Of a DNA stretch of 64,000 nt, positions 25,981 through 40,073 are shown in pieces; position 1 is the stretch's first letter; each line of letters opens with the position of its first letter. Source of the stretch: Squalus acanthias (Eukaryota); contig CM059432.1 in the NCBI GenBank assembly GCA_030390025.1, forward strand, positions 11,284,001 to 11,348,000. Reading direction: 5' to 3'. Made by a program: the position numbers and the translations under genes. The notes beneath the pieces were generated by a model. The model had not been told where the DNA came from. It saw only the letters and a program-made list of their open reading frames with translations, and did not search any database.

Positions 25981-27013
25981 CACTTGTATGCAGATGGCAA
26001 GCAACAAAAGGACATGTACGGTCGTTACTCTGGAAACATTTGTTTTATGGAGAGTATGAATTCAAGTGCTTCGCATTACGTTTCTGTATTTAACATACTT
26101 TATACTTCGGCATATTATCTGTAGATCCTGTATGTTACATTATATTTAGATTTAAAAAATACTTTATAGCTGGGAATTTAGATGCTTCGGTACAGTCTCA
26201 GTAGGGCAGGCTTTGCACTCCCCTGTCTTGGCCACTATTGGCCCCTGTGAATTTTCCAGGGCTAGCTTAATTAGAGGGGGAATTCCTGTGCTGGGGAGAG
26301 ACAGAAAAATGACTGTTGCAGCAACAGAGGAGGGCCACATGCACAGGGCAGCTGAAGAGGAGATCCCTTATTCTGTGAATATCTTTAAATTTTTCAGGGC
26401 TGGGGAACAGCATTGATCTACTGCGATCAATTGCACTCCTTTAGGGGGAACTTAAAAATTTAGGCCCCACTCTTGCTTGCCCGAACAACTCCTATATGTG
26501 CTGGCAGTGGTAGCAAGAATGTGACGTCTGATGTCACTCTTTCATTACAATTTGAATACACCCATTCATATTTGGATGGACATAGTCAGTAGCCAATATC
26601 ATTTCTGGCGAGAGATCGACAGAATAGGGGCTTATGTAACTTGTTTCAATTACATTGATTTACTATGTACTGTAGGGACTGTGCGCTATAATATTTAATA
26701 TTTTAGATATAATTAATTGTGCTCATCAAACTGTGGGATGTCTGTAGGAGAATGTAATCTTTTTCCAAAATATTGTCACCCATTATTGGCATCAAGCATG
26801 CCCAGATCAGGCACAGTACTGCCAGCTACAGAATGTAGATTTCCTCCTTTGCCCAATCAATGTGCTGTAATTCCAAACTTAGTGCAGCCTCTATTGCACC
26901 AGTGTGAATTTTTTCATTTCCCACACCAGCCATTCTTATGACCTTCTTGCTGCGAGCCTGTGGCCATTAGGAATGTAGCTGAGACTGCCCAAAGTCAATT
27001 TACACAGGACTTT

Positions 27014-27105
27014 GGCTCACTTTGTAGCACTCCTGTCTGTATCTTGAGTCAGAAGGTTGTACTTGCGTGCATAATCTAGGGACAGGCCAGGGCAGTACTG
27101 AGTGA
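27014..27105 (+). mobile_element. Decayed head of the tRNA-derived SINE
   Basis: gagtcagaaggttgt...aatctagg...gcagtactgag matches the 40074 copy. Confidence 0.55.
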
Positions 27106-27120
27106 TATGTTAGAGATTAT

Positions 27121-27615
27121 CTTCTTCTTAGGCAGTCCCTCGGAACCGAGGATGACTTGCTTCCACATTAAAAATGAGTTCTCAGGTGACTGATGAGTCC
27201 AATGCGGGACCTACAGTCTCTGTCACAGGTGGGGCAGACGGTGGTTGAAGGGGCAGGTGGGTGGGGTGCTTGGGTTGACGTGCGCTCCTTCCGCTGCTTA
27301 CGCTTGGTTTCCGCTTGCTCCCGGCGAAGAGACTCGAGGTGTTCGGCGCCTTCCCGGATGCTTCTCCTCCACTTTGTGCGGTCTTGGGCCAGGGATTCCC
27401 AGGTGTCGGTGGGGATGTTGCACTTTTTCAAGGAGGCTCTGAGGGTGTCCTTGAAGTGTTTCTCTGCCCACCTGGGGCTCTATTGCCGTGTCGGAGCTCC
27501 GAGTAGTGCACTTGTTTTGGGAGTCTCGTATCGGGCATGTGGACGATGTGACCCGTCCATCGGAACTGATCAAGCGTGGTCAAAGCTTTGATGCTGGGGA
27601 TACTGATCTTCAGAG
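27121..27615 (-). mobile_element. RTE-clade LINE 3' end
   Basis: ORF 27168-27431 ends in CPTCDRDCRSRIGLISHLRTH, a C2H2-like C-terminus typical of RTE. (AAG)n tail at 27121. Confidence 0.88.
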
Positions 27616-28316
27616 ACACCTTTTGTCTAATTCAGTGCTTCATGTGGATGTTAAAGAAATCTTTAGCATTATTCAAAGAAGAGCATGGACATTTTGCATT
27701 GCTCCATCAACAACCACCACCTAAAATATTAATGCTGTCTGCAGGATCCTATATGGAAAATGGCTGCTGTGATTGCCTGTCCAATAATTTTTTTACCGAA
27801 TAATAATTTGTGGTATATGAAGTGCTTTGAGCTATTTCCTTCATGCCACTCTCTGTCGGGGATAGTAGAGTTCCACTCATCTGCTTCCAAATACTGGTTG
27901 TTTTAATGTTAGCTGAGAGCTGACTGTCCCATTGGCTCTCTGCTAGCATTGAACAGTCTTTTTTGTCTTTATAAGTTCCCAGGTGGCCCAATGGAAGCAG
28001 TGTGAGATTACCTTGTGGAGGTGTTCTCGCGCCACTTGGCGAGGTTGCCATTCAGTTGACTTCACACTACACAACTTGCAAAATGTGAAGCCAAAATTGC
28101 TTTGCTTTGATGCAAATTGTATTGTATAACTGGATTCTAAATTTCTTCTTTGTATATTTTGTTGTCTCCTTTTTCTTTGAAGCGGTGTCAAAAGGCTGCA
28201 GTAGTGCTTGGAGGAATACTGAGACAATTTTATCAAGGCATTGAGCAGCCAGCAGCAAAATTAATCTTTACAATTCTACGTCCTCTGGTGTTGCCAGCTG
28301 ACTCCCACATTATTAA

Positions 28317-28760
28317 AAATTCATTCTTGGCTGTGGCATCGCTGGCAAGGCGGGCATTTATTGCCCATCCCTAGTTGCTCTTGAGTGGCTTGCTAGGCCA
28401 CTTCAGAGGGCAGTTCAGAGGCACCCACGTTGGTATGGGGCTGGAATCACATATAGGCCAGATCATGTAAGGACGGCAGGTTTCCTTCCCTAAAGGACAT
28501 AAGTCAATCAGTTGGATTTTTAAGACAATCCAACGACTTCATGTTCACTTTTACTGCTACCAGATTTTGAGTCCAGCATTCTGTTTTTTTAATTCATTCT
28601 TGGGATATTGGCGTTGCTGGCAAGATTAGAAATTATTGCCCATCCCTAGATGCCCTTGAGAAGGTAATAGTGGGCCGTCTTCTTGAACCGCTGCCATCCC
28701 ATGTGGTGAAGGTATTCCCATGATACTGTTGGGTAAGGAGCTCCAGGATTTTGGCCCATC
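28317..28760 (-). mobile_element. Two adjacent related LINE/SINE 3' fragments
   Basis: attcattcttgg...gctggcaag...ttattgcccatccctag occurs at ~28319 and ~28592. Confidence 0.55.
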
Positions 28761-29099
28761 ATACTAAAGCTATTTCCACATTGGCGCTATATACAGTAAT
28801 CCTTTCTCTTTACTGTTTTCTGGTACTTTTTAATATTTTTCTTAATGTTATATTGTTTTCAAAGGCCATATATGAAGTGATTAACTCAGCTGGTTGGGTT
28901 AAAATATTCTAATAACCCACAGCATCAAGACATTTCTTCTAACCATCCTCATTTTTGCTTCTTGTACCAATCCTAAATTTACACCCTCTTGCTACCGATC
29001 ACCAATTCACTAAGCAGTGGAAATAATCTTTCATTATTTATTCTCTCAAATTATTTAAAAATTTTGAACACTATTTGATTTGGCTTCACCCACCTAGTG

Positions 29100-29480
29100 G
29101 TGAAGCTGAGGGGGTAATGCACAGGATGGTCAGCATCAGAAGATCAGCAGGCGCGGACTGACTTGGGACTACAGGAGGCTACAGAGATAAAGGTGGGGTG
29201 TGCCTGTTAATGGATGTGTAAACAAAAGCCAAGTGTTTTGAATTTGGTACATTGGAAGAGCTAGTGGAAAATAGTGAGGATGGCATGATGGATAAGTAGG
29301 TCAGTGTAGGACAGGATGTGGCCAGCAAGGTTTTGGATGAGTTGTAGTTTGTAGGATAGAGCTTGGGAGGCCAATGAGGGGAGCATCGGAGAGCTTGTGT
29401 CTGTCTGGAAAGCATGGATAAGGGTTTTAGTGGCAGTGGGGGTTAGGTGAAGGTGGAGGCAGACAATGGTGCAGAGTGTA
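29100..29480 (-). mobile_element. Old L2 LINE remnant
   Basis: Minus-strand translation contains KTLIHAF and KLQLIQN, L2 ORF2 C-terminal motifs. Confidence 0.65.
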
Positions 29481-30032
29481 AAGGCTAAGAGCCAGCTCAC
29501 AGGTGCCTGATTCCTGGAATCTAACAATAGAAAATAGATCTAAAATGCCCAAAGAAAAATTAACTTGAAAGACACATCTTTACAGAGAATGAATTTAATT
29601 TGCCAAATATAAATATTCACTTCAGTCATCAGAAAAATGTTACCATCGTTGTCAATTCTTTATGATCATGAAGTTATTCCTGATTCATCAGGAGTGCTGA
29701 TTAGTACTGCAAGAAAACATCTAGTTGCCCATTATGTAGATATCAGTCAACGAGAACACATCCTGTAACCCTCAAGAAAAACCATGCTTAATGCATTGAT
29801 GTGCATAGAAGTGAACTCATTGTCAGTACAACTTGAATAAATAGTGTTATAACAGCCAGTGTTTGGCCAAATGAATGTAATTTAATCTTTTTGAATTGCT
29901 AAGTATTTTTAAAAAAGCTAAACAAATGGAATGAGTCCTAAATTTCTAACCACAGCTCGGAGTAACTACTTCACCTTGACGTAGTCCTGAGAGTTCCCCA
30001 TGCAGAAGAACTGCCATGCAAACCACGTTATT

Positions 30033-31552
30033 GGAATAGTGGACGCATTGGTTGTCATCTTCCAAAAATCTATAGATTCAGGAACGGTTCCTGCAGATTG
30101 GAGGATAGCAAATGTATCGCCGCTCTTTAAGAAAGGAGGGAGAGAGAAAACGGGGAACTACAGACCTGTTAGCCTCACATCAGTAGTTGGGAAAATGCTG
30201 GAATCTATTATAAAGGATGCAATAACTGGGCACTTAGAAACTAATAGTAAGATTGGGCAGAGTCAACATGGATTTATGAAAGGGAAGTCCTGTTTGACAA
30301 ACCTATTGGAGTTCTTTGAGGATGTAACCAGTGGAATAGACAAAGGGGAACCGGTAGATGTGGTGTATCTGGATTTTCAGAAGGACTTCGATAAGGTCCC
30401 ACACAAGAAGTTGGTGAACAAAATTAGGGCACATGGAATTGGGGGTAATATACTAGCATGGATTGAGAATTGGTTAACAGACAGAAAACAAAGAGTAGGG
30501 ATAAACGGGTCTTTTTCAGGATGGCAGGCTGTGACTAGTGGGGTACCGCAAGGATCGATGCTTGGGCCCCAGCTATTCACAATCTATATCAATGATTTGG
30601 ATGAAGGGACTAAATGTAAAATTTCCAAATTTGCTGATGATACAAAGCTAGGTGGCAGTATCAGTTGCGAAGAGGATGTGAAGAGGCTTCAAGGGGATCT
30701 CGACAGGCTCAGTGAGTGGGCGAGAACATGGCAGATGGAATATAATGTGGATAAATGTGAAGTTATCCACTTTGGTAGAAAAAACAGAAAGGCAGAGTAT
30801 TTCCTAAATGGTGAAAGATTGGGGAATGCAGATGCTCAAAGGGACCTGGGTGTCCTTGTACATGAGTCACTGAAAGTGAATGTGCAGGTGCAGCAAGCCA
30901 TTAGGAAGGCAAATAGTATGCTGGCCTTCATTACAAGAGGATTTGAGTACAGGAGTAAAGAAGTCTTACTCCAATTATATAGGGCCTTGGTGAGACCACA
31001 CCTGGAGTACTGTGTACAATTTTGGTCTAAGGAAGGATATACTTGCCATAGAGGGAGTGCAACAAAGGTTCACGAGATTGATTCCTGGGATGGTGGGACT
31101 GTCGTATGAGAAGAGATTGAGTAAACTAGGCCTGTATTCTCTTGAATTCAGAAGAATGAGAGGGGATCTCATTGAAGCATACAAAATTATTACAGGGCTT
31201 GATAGGGTGGATGCTGGGAAAATGTTTCCCATAGCTGGGGAGTCTAGAACCAGGGGCCACAGCCTCAAGATAAAGGATAGGCCATTCAGGACTGAGATGA
31301 GAAGACATTTCTTCACACAGAGGGTGGTGAATCTTTGGAATTCTCTACTCCAGAGGGCTGTGGAAGCTCAGTCATTGGGTATATTCAAAACAGAAGTCGA
31401 TAGAATTCTGACTAGTAAGGGCATCAAGGGATATGGCGATATGGCCGGTGAATGGAGTTGAGGCAGAAGATCAGCCATGATCTCATTGAATGGCGGAGCA
31501 GGCTCGAAGGGCCGAATGGCTGACTCCTGCTCCTATTTCTTATGTTCTTATG
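30033..31552 (+). mobile_element. CR1 LINE, 5'-truncated, one frameshift near 31028
   Basis: ORFs 30000-31109 and 31012-31461 span RT with FADD intact. CR1 tail at ~31550. Confidence 0.96.
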
Positions 31553-31566
31553 GTGAGAGCATCTTG

Positions 31567-31735
31567 GGGTTGAATTCCTCTCTCAAAATAATGGGAGAAT
31601 GTGTTTTTTCTCTAATTAACCTGCTGACAAAATGATGGATATGCACAGCTTTTGAATGTGCTATTTCATTAGTGGGCCTTTAATTACAGAGTAAGATAGG
31701 CATTCTCCAATTTTTCGTTGAGAGGAATTTCACCC
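31567..31735. mobile_element. Short MITE with ~35-bp imperfect TIRs
   Basis: gggttgaattcctctctc...ggagaatg versus cattctcc...gagaggaatttcaccc. Confidence 0.7.
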
Positions 31736-34700
31736 TCGAGACTATGCTATCGGTACAGCTAAAAACCTCAGACTATGGTAATAAACATGACAAAAGCCAA
31801 CAAGAAATTAGATTTCCCCTTTTTTATAGTCTGGAGGGAGGGGAATATAATGCACATTTTTGGCAGAAGATGTAGACAGAGGCACACTTTAGAAAAATGT
31901 AGGAGACAGTATCTGCAGATGTATTTCACATTTTATTATTTTTATTACCACTTTCTAAGGCTGTGAACTGTCTGATTGGCTTTGCTTATTTTCCCCTCTG
32001 GAGAAAACAGTTTTCATTTTTTCCTGGCCTACCTGTACTAAAGCAAACATTTCCCCTCAGTGTTTCATCAATAAAACATGGTGACGATTATGATTTTTTT
32101 TAACAACTGCATTCAGAGCTCACTACAAAATTTTCATTTTACATTCTTGAAAATATAACTTGAATTTTTATATTATTCACTGGAATTAGCTGTAAATGTT
32201 CAAATTTCGGAAATGGCTTACACTTGTATTTCGTTGGTATAGATGAGTCAGGAAAAAACCTCTCTTAGTTCTACTGTCCTTTCTTTTTGCATTGGAGTTT
32301 CTGGATTACTGATGAAGCAGATGTTAGCTGTCAGTCCCCTGGCAATCGTTTTATACTGCTGCAGTTATCAAAAGGAAGAAGCTGCTTTAACTGGTTTGGT
32401 TATTTATAGACTGTAACCACTATGGGTGTATGGGGCCTTGTGCATCTGCTGAAGATCATCTAGACTACAGGTCAGCCTAAGGTTAGCTGTTTCGATGGCT
32501 GCATTGATTGGCTGTGGCGGCGCTTAATGAGTAATCAGAATTCTTTCCCCATCCCCCACGGCTAGACCATCTCCACTGCCACTGTCACCACCACTTTCGC
32601 CTTCGGTATAGAATTTGTCTGGACCCTTTCCCTCATTCATTTGTCTGTCTAGTACTTTGACCCAGCCCACACGATCACGTAACAGCAAATGCTCTCCTGA
32701 ATGAACAGGCCAATGCATCACCACAGCAACAGTCTTGTCTGTGAACATGGTGTAAAGTATGCATATTTGTGTCAGTGTCTGACAGCAGGCTGGTAAAAGT
32801 TGATCCCTGGGCTGTTTTAGCTGCAGTTTCCGCTCATTGTTACTAATGTATAACTTAACAATTCTGAACAGCACTGTCACTTCACGTACCAATGTATCCT
32901 GCTCCTGTAACTGCAGAAGTGCACAGCACCAGGGTATGGAGATATGTAAGTACCTCTTTTTGCTGTAGTTCAGTTTTTGATCTGTTATTGGTGGAGCATT
33001 GGATCTCTAAAGGAATACCCAGAGAAATTAGGTTAGGCAACAAAGAATATTAGGAAGTTTGACTAATTTACACAGAACTGAATTGGCTTGCAACAAATAT
33101 TTCTGCATGTGGCTTCAAACACCAGCAGCATATGCGATGTGTCTGCATTGATTCCTCAGTGTTTAAGTTTGCAGTGTATTTAGTTGATATCTTGTGGGAG
33201 GGGGAGAGAAAAGAAAGCAAGCTTTCAGACAAAATAATTGTTGAACATTTGCCTAAATGCTAATAGTTTTTAACTGAAGATGTTCTGCATCTAAGGTTAG
33301 CGGTGCTGTGCATTTCGGTTGAAATGAGGCTGATTAAATTGAGTGCTCATTTTGCACATAATGGGTGCAATTGACTGTTTGGAAACTCTGATTGTGGGAT
33401 TAAGGGGTGTGTGTGATTTTTTTTTAAACATGTCCTTCCCCCATACCCACGTGCACTATGATTTGTTCGGAGACATTTAACTGAAATTGCTGGCTGCTGC
33501 AGCTAAAGCCAAGCTGGAGTGATCTGAATGAAATTGAGTTTGCATAGCCTGGAACTAGAGCTGGTTTCAGTACTTTCTGGTCGACAGTGAAAAATAATTT
33601 TAAAGTTATGATTGGAAGATTAAAAATTACACCTTTTAAAGCATGGACAATTATGAAACTGGAGTTTTGCCTCCAATGGTTTTGGCAGTTTATCGTATCA
33701 GCTTCAGAAATCTTTTTTTTTGCAAAAGCAGTTATTCAAGGACCCGCTGCTAGCTGCAGTTACAGTATTCAATAATGCCATCTCTACTGTATTCAGACCT
33801 GATCATATTAATCTTTACTCTGTTGTAGATAATTCTCAAAATAGGGAAGGAAGAATGTACAATGTATTAATGATCTATGTATAATATATTAATGATCTAT
33901 GTGATGTGAAATGTTATAAACATTGGTATTTATTTAATCACCTTTCTCTTTCTCCACCCCCCCCAATTTAAGCAGCTGCATTAATTTTACCGCCTTTGCA
34001 CTTTAAGTGTACTCAATCTTGCTTTAAAAAAAAATTCTCCTGTGCCTGAACTACAATTCTTAGTGCAACACAATTGCTGTTGTTAATGGGTATCATATTA
34101 AACATAGTTTCCATTCCTTATTTATTTCCATTGCCTGTTGGTCTTTGTGCCCCCTCCTTCAGCCAAGACTGTGGGGATTGTTTGGAAGTTTCCACACGCT
34201 CGCCAATGCTGAGTTCTTATTTGCTGATGGGAGACATATTGCTATATATTGCTGCTTCAAAGAAATTGCTGTAATAAATATGAGACAGCTTATGTATCTC
34301 TGCAGGCAGGGACTTCAGTTGGTGACTTGGTTTTAGTTCATGCCTCTAGACTGAAAGTGCCCCCAACTGCAAAGGTAAATGGCTGCCGCTGGCGCAGCTT
34401 GCCATCAGGTTGGCCATTTTATTCCGTCCACAGATGTAATTATGCATATGAAGTTGTTCTTGTGTTAATGAATTCTTCCCACAATTAATTCTGCATAAAC
34501 AGAAGCTGGCTCATATTGCGCAACCACTCCCATTAGAACGATCTTGCAATATAATTAAGGTATTGATGTAAACAGGATAACTTGAGGAAAGGGATATTGA
34601 TTGCACTGGTGCAAAATGTACATGTCTAACTTTCACATTACATGGCCCAAGAATTGCTAAAAATTTCCAGGAGAAGTAAATTATGAACAACAGTTCAGGC

Positions 34701-35457
34701 TGTAAATGGTTCTGGGACTTTTGCAAGTTCAGCATTACTGCTGGAAGAGCAAATATAAATTTCAAAGGAGAGGTTAATGAGAGCTACCAACTGGTATCTT
34801 CTTTTTCACTCTTATAAATACCCCCTCCTCAATTACAATAGGCTGTTATATCTACACTTCTCCAACTGAGTACAGCAGGTAAGTTTGCTCCCAGGCACCT
34901 GCCAATGCCAATCTTGGAGTTGTACCTAAGATGATTTGCCCTCTAGCTTATTTATCTCTTCCATTTGAGGAAGACCCTAAAATGGGCAGCATGACCAAGA
35001 TCAGCAAATCAACAGCTTATCAATTCTTCTGCATTCAGTTGGAGACTATAGCATGAGATAATGATCTCCCCTGTATATTGACTGTTGCTGTTGGTTCCTG
35101 GTACTTTTGCTTTCTCGGACTTGAGATCAAGAGAAAGCAAGATAACACTATAGATGCAAGGCTCTTCCAGCATTCACTATGGTAATAAAAGACCTGTTAA
35201 ACTTTAAGATTATGTAGTTTTAATAGAAGGTTTTCAGTACTACTGTGAGTAGCCTTGACTTCATAGTTGTACGAGAAACAAAGCCACGCAAATCCCACAT
35301 CTAGGTTAGCAGTGAAAAGAGAAACCATGCAGGAAATATGAGTAAAAGGATACATTGCTGTCACTTCGCTGTCCTGTGCAATACACGAGTCAGATGTGGC
35401 TTGCTCCTTTTAATCACGTTTGTTTTTGGCATGACTTGACACCTCAGTTATACTGTA

Positions 35458-36750
35458 TTGAATGAAGGAATACAGAGTTGTATCTCCAAGTTTGCAGATG
35501 ACACCAAGTTCGGAGGCATAGTAAGTTGTGTAGATGGGAGCAGGAAGTTACAAAGGCTCATAGACAGACTGTGTGAGTCTGCAAAACTATGGCAGATAGA
35601 TTTTAATGCGGAGAAGTGTGAGGTCATTCACTTTGGATCTGAGAAAGACAAATCGGAATATTTTCTTAATGATGAGAGACTAGGATCTGTGGAGGAGCCA
35701 AGGGATTTAGGTGTTTATGTACACAAATCACTAAAAGTTAGTGTACAGGTACAAAAAAAATCAAAAAGACTAATGGACTGTTGACCTTTATCTCAAGGGG
35801 GTTATAATTCAAAAGTGAGGAAGTGATGCTTCAGCTGTGCAGAGCGTTGGTCAGACCCCATCTGGTGTACTGCATTCAGCTTTGGGCAGCGAATGTCAGG
35901 AAAGATATATTGGGCCAGAATTTGCGGTCCCGATGACGGCGTACGTTCAGCGTACGCCGTCGTAAGCGTTCTGAAAGGCCCCACAAGTTCAGTGTTTCCA
36001 CATGCGCGAAAACCCGGAACTTGCGATCTGTCAAGGTACTCCTTGACAGATCTACCGAACCAACTAGAAATTCTATTTGCCCAACTGCTGTCCAGCAAAT
36101 GCCCACGAAACTCTTACGCCTGGTAAAAGTGGGCATAGGGCCTGCTTTCACCAGCATAAGGGTTAATATAAATCTTAAATTAAAAATGTAAAAATAAAAA
36201 ATGATGCACAAACACTTAAAATTAATTTATGCAAATTTTGACACGGATTAAAATGTTTAAAATTATTTTTCAAAAAATTAAATTTTTATTGTATTTGCTG
36301 TATTGAAGGGAGTTTTAATTAAATTTGAAAATGATAATTATTTTTATTGCAGTTGCCTAAATTGTTTATATATTTCGGGATTCCATTGGGGTTTATGGGG
36401 ATTCCGTTCATAAATGGAATCCTCCTTTCTCATTGGAGGACCTGGCCCACGTGATCCCAGGGACGCTTTTGAACCGCCTGCGTCCCTGGGATCCGTGGGC
36501 CTTTACGCAGGCGTACGCCTGGAAGCCCAGGACCTGAACTCTCCATAACGGTGGAGCCAGGAGGTAAGTTCGGAAATATTTCGCAGGTCGGAGGCGTACT
36601 CGAGGTACGCCTCCGACTGCAAATTCAGGGCCATTGGCTTTGGAAGGGGTACAGCTCAGATTCACCAGAATTATATCGGGGCATAAAGGGTTAAATTATG
36701 AGGACAGGTTGCATAAGCTTGGCTTGTATTCACATCAGTTTAGAAGGCTG
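35458..36750 (+). mobile_element. CR1 fragment split by the MITE at 35912-36632
   Basis: ORF 35458-35784 (FADDTK). The host resumes at 36633 (attggctttggaagggg...). Confidence 0.9.
35912..36632. mobile_element. Harbinger-like MITE, type B copy 1
   Basis: TIRs gggccagaatttgcgg / ctgcaaattcagggcc. The TSD ATT is supported by the interrupted CR1, which rejoins as gatatattggctttgga. Confidence 0.9.
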
Positions 36751-36985
36751 CTTGTCTCCTAAACTACTGGAAGTAAAGCACTTAACCTGTGCGAGTGACC
36801 TTCCAATTTTACATAGGCAGTAAAGAGCAGAATTGAAGTCACCCAATGCAACCTAAATTCTTTTTAAGACTACTTGCAAAACTACAATTTCATTTCAGTA
36901 CCGCATTCTAAATTCTTACAAAGTTTTACTCTGTTACAATCCTTCTGTTTGTGCATACTCCAGTAGGCATTCAGCAAAACTTTAT

Positions 36986-37728
36986 GGCCCAGAAATTGAT
37001 CTCGCTCTGTTCCCGCGGGGGTAAGGCTTTCCCGCGATCTCTCACCTCGCTTGTGCTTTTTCAGATCCAGCTCGCACGAACTTCATGTTCTAGAGATCAG
37101 CTGGGCAGTGCTTGCGTATCCCAGCGGCGTAGTGAATTCGTGCGAACTGTGGGATCACGTGACTCAGTTAGAGCCAATGGCAGCACACCATCTTCCATTC
37201 ATAAGTTTCACAGCAGGCTGTGAAATCTATGAATCTTACACCCCCCCAAAATAACAGCTAAACCTCAATTAAATTTAAAAAAAAACCCATCACATTAATA
37301 AAATAAGTATAGTTAATTAAATTAACCATTTTAAATAAAAAATTACATTTTTGAAAAATTTTTAAATCTTTTAAAAAGTTATAAAAATAAACTTACCTGT
37401 CTTTAAAGTCTCTAAAAAAGATATACCTGTTAAAAAAAATTCAAAAAAATACTTAATTCACTACTTACCTTCTTAAAAGCGGGTCTTACTCCTCCTTTTT
37501 ACATTTCTAAAATCTTCAGTACTTACCTGCGCGTCCAAAGCATGAAGTGCACAGCGTGCGCGCAGCCTGTAGCGCGCACGCGATGCACCGAGGACCCGCC
37601 CCCTTTTCAGAAGAGCAATTGCCGGTTTTCAGCGCATGCGCAGGGCATGCAGAAAACCGGCAATTGGAGTGGGAATACGTGAGAGTACGCAGTGCGTACT
37701 CTCGCGTCCCGGGATCAATTTTCGGCCC
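36986..37728. mobile_element. Harbinger-like MITE, type A copy 2
   Basis: TIRs ggcccagaaattgatc / gatcaattttcggccc, TSD TAT. Confidence 0.88.
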
Positions 37729-38089
37729 TATATTTCTCCAAAGATAATCTTTCCACATATAGGCCCTTGAAGTCATAACAATACCAAGCTGTCACAACCT
37801 TAGTAACAAAGATGTATGCCAAACACGAAAAACTTGCTATTGTATGAGGAAGGCATGTAAACTGGAGGGGTGAAGCAAAATCTATGTGCAGTAGGAGATG
37901 CTTTTTTGAAGTTGCGTTTGCAGCATGCTTTTTCCATTATAGAGGAAATATACTCTGCACCTAGCAAGTGCTGCACCTGTCCTGGAATTGTACGATGCTA
38001 ACAATGACCGAAGTATTCCATTCCCTAGCAATTGTGTATGGGCACCACTATTCTGCTGCTGCAACATTTACTTCATTATTAAAGGCGCT

Positions 38090-38900
38090 TTATTAATGTA
38101 ATGTTGCAAGATGCTTCCCATAAGAATGCAAGGACACCAAGTAGGTGAGTTAGGAAAGTTGACCAAAAACATGGTCAAAAAATAAGTTTTGATGAGGTGT
38201 TGAAAGCAGGTAAAATAGTAGCAAGGAAAGAGTTTTAGGGAGTGAGTTACATCGAGTAGGGTTGCAACAGCTGGAGCCTGACTGGTGGTGAAGTATAGCA
38301 TGCACAGAACACCAAAGTCAGGTGACCAATGAACATGGCCTTGGACTTGACATGGTGTGAGCCAAAATGCTGCGACAGAGTTCTACAGGAGTTAGAATTT
38401 GTGTCAGGTGGAGTTCAGTGAAGAAGGTTTATTAGAAGTTAAGTCTTGAGGTAACAAAAGCATAGATAAGGGTCTCAGCAGTAAGTTGGTAAAGTAAATA
38501 TGGAGGTAGAAGTAAGCAGTCTTGGTGATAAATAGGATATGGGATTTGAAGCTAAGTTCAGGATCAAATTCGACACCAAAGTTTAGCTTTAACAAGTTGG
38601 TGGGGATTTCTTTTTGGCAGAAACTGAATATGATGACTTTGGATTTCCCAAAGTTTAATCAGAAAAAGTTCTGGCTAATCCATGACTTAAAAGCAGTCTG
38701 ACAGCAGAGAAGTTGTACAAGATGGTATGACATGCTGTAGTCAGTTACAAAGAATCTTTTAGTGACTTTGACGAAGCTTGTCAAAAGGAATTCGAAAAGA
38801 GAATTTTAGGAGAGGTGAGCACAGACCATGTGACAGTACAATCAAGGACTTTGGAGAGGAAAGGAAGGTTAAATACGGGACAGTAGTTGAAGAGGATGAG
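38090..38900 (-). mobile_element. Old L2 LINE remnant
   Basis: ORF 38404-38595 (FGVEFDPELSFKSHI...KTAYF) is L2-like. Confidence 0.6.
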
Positions 38901-39619
38901 CACCTAAACCCTATACAGTTGTTTCTGGAGCTGGCAGGAGCCTCGGTTGATAAGATTGGGTTAGTAGACACGAGTATGAAAACTCTGATCTCCATTAATG
39001 AAGGGGCAAAGTTGTTTTAAAAATTGCTGAAAGATGTCTTCACAGGTGGGCTTTTTAAGAATAAAAAACATGCGTCAGCAATAGAAAACTTTTTATTGGT
39101 GCATTCCAACAGGCACAACCTTCTTGAAGCTACTGTCGTAGAGAGTATTTATTTCAAGCCTTGAGCTCATGGTGACCCAGCTCCCAGATTTCTGTGCTTT
39201 GTAACTGGTTGCTAAAAGATACCAGAACATTCCTACATTGGCTCGTTCTCCAATTTTTTTCCCACCTGGAGAAGCACCTCCCCCAGAGTGCTCATCGACT
39301 TTCAGGTAATGCACTATCCAGAACTGACTGTAATTAAACATTGAAAAGTGACTTTGGGAGGAAATCACAGGCAGGTCCATCTGTGGCATATAACATAGCT
39401 ATCAAAGTACCTAGATATTATGTCACCTAACTATTCTATTAAATCAATTATTTTTCAGTAGTTTACTTAGGAACTTAATAACATGTCAAGTATAGTGGAC
39501 CATGGTACTATATTGTAAATAAATTCAGTTTACATCATTACAATTACAACAGTAAAAAAATATATAAATAGTTAATCTACCCTGATGATGCAGCAGATTT
39601 TCTGTGTTCTCTCACCCAA

Positions 39620-39905
39620 GCACATCACAACAATGCATTTATGTAGCACTTTTAATGATGAAAAAGGTCCCAACGCAATTCACAAAAAAAGGGAGGCGGG
39701 TAGAACAGACACTGTGCCATGGAGAGAGAAATTAGATTGGGTGATCGAAAACTTGGTCAAGAATCTGGATTTTCAGACAATTTTAAAGGAAAGTAGAGAA
39801 ACAGAGAGGCTGAGGGTTTAGGGAGGAGGGTTCCAGAAGCTAGGGTCAAGCAAGCTGAAGTCACCAGTGGTGCGCTGAGGTGGTGGGAGATGCACAAAAG
39901 GCCAG
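39620..39905 (-). mobile_element. Old L2-type 3' remnant
   Basis: gcatttatgtagcacttttaat tail followed by ...gtttagggaggagggttccagaagctaggg. Confidence 0.5.
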
Positions 39906-40073
39906 AGGGGATACAGGGTGGAGGAGGTATGGTTAACTCAAGTCTCCACACATCTTTACTATTGGTAATTGTACTGCATCTAATGAGTCATTTGTATAGA
40001 GCTGCATCAATTCTTCCAAGTCTACTTTTGTATCATATCTGAAGATACTATCCAATGAACATGCTTCCCAATG

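Noticed and set aside
26168..26470. Possible sixth, older Harbinger-like MITE
   Set aside because: Only one convincing TIR-like end (aatttaggcccc) and no TSD.
27749..28051. 100-aa minus-strand ORF in unique sequence
   Set aside because: No recognisable motif or splice support, and the length is compatible with chance.
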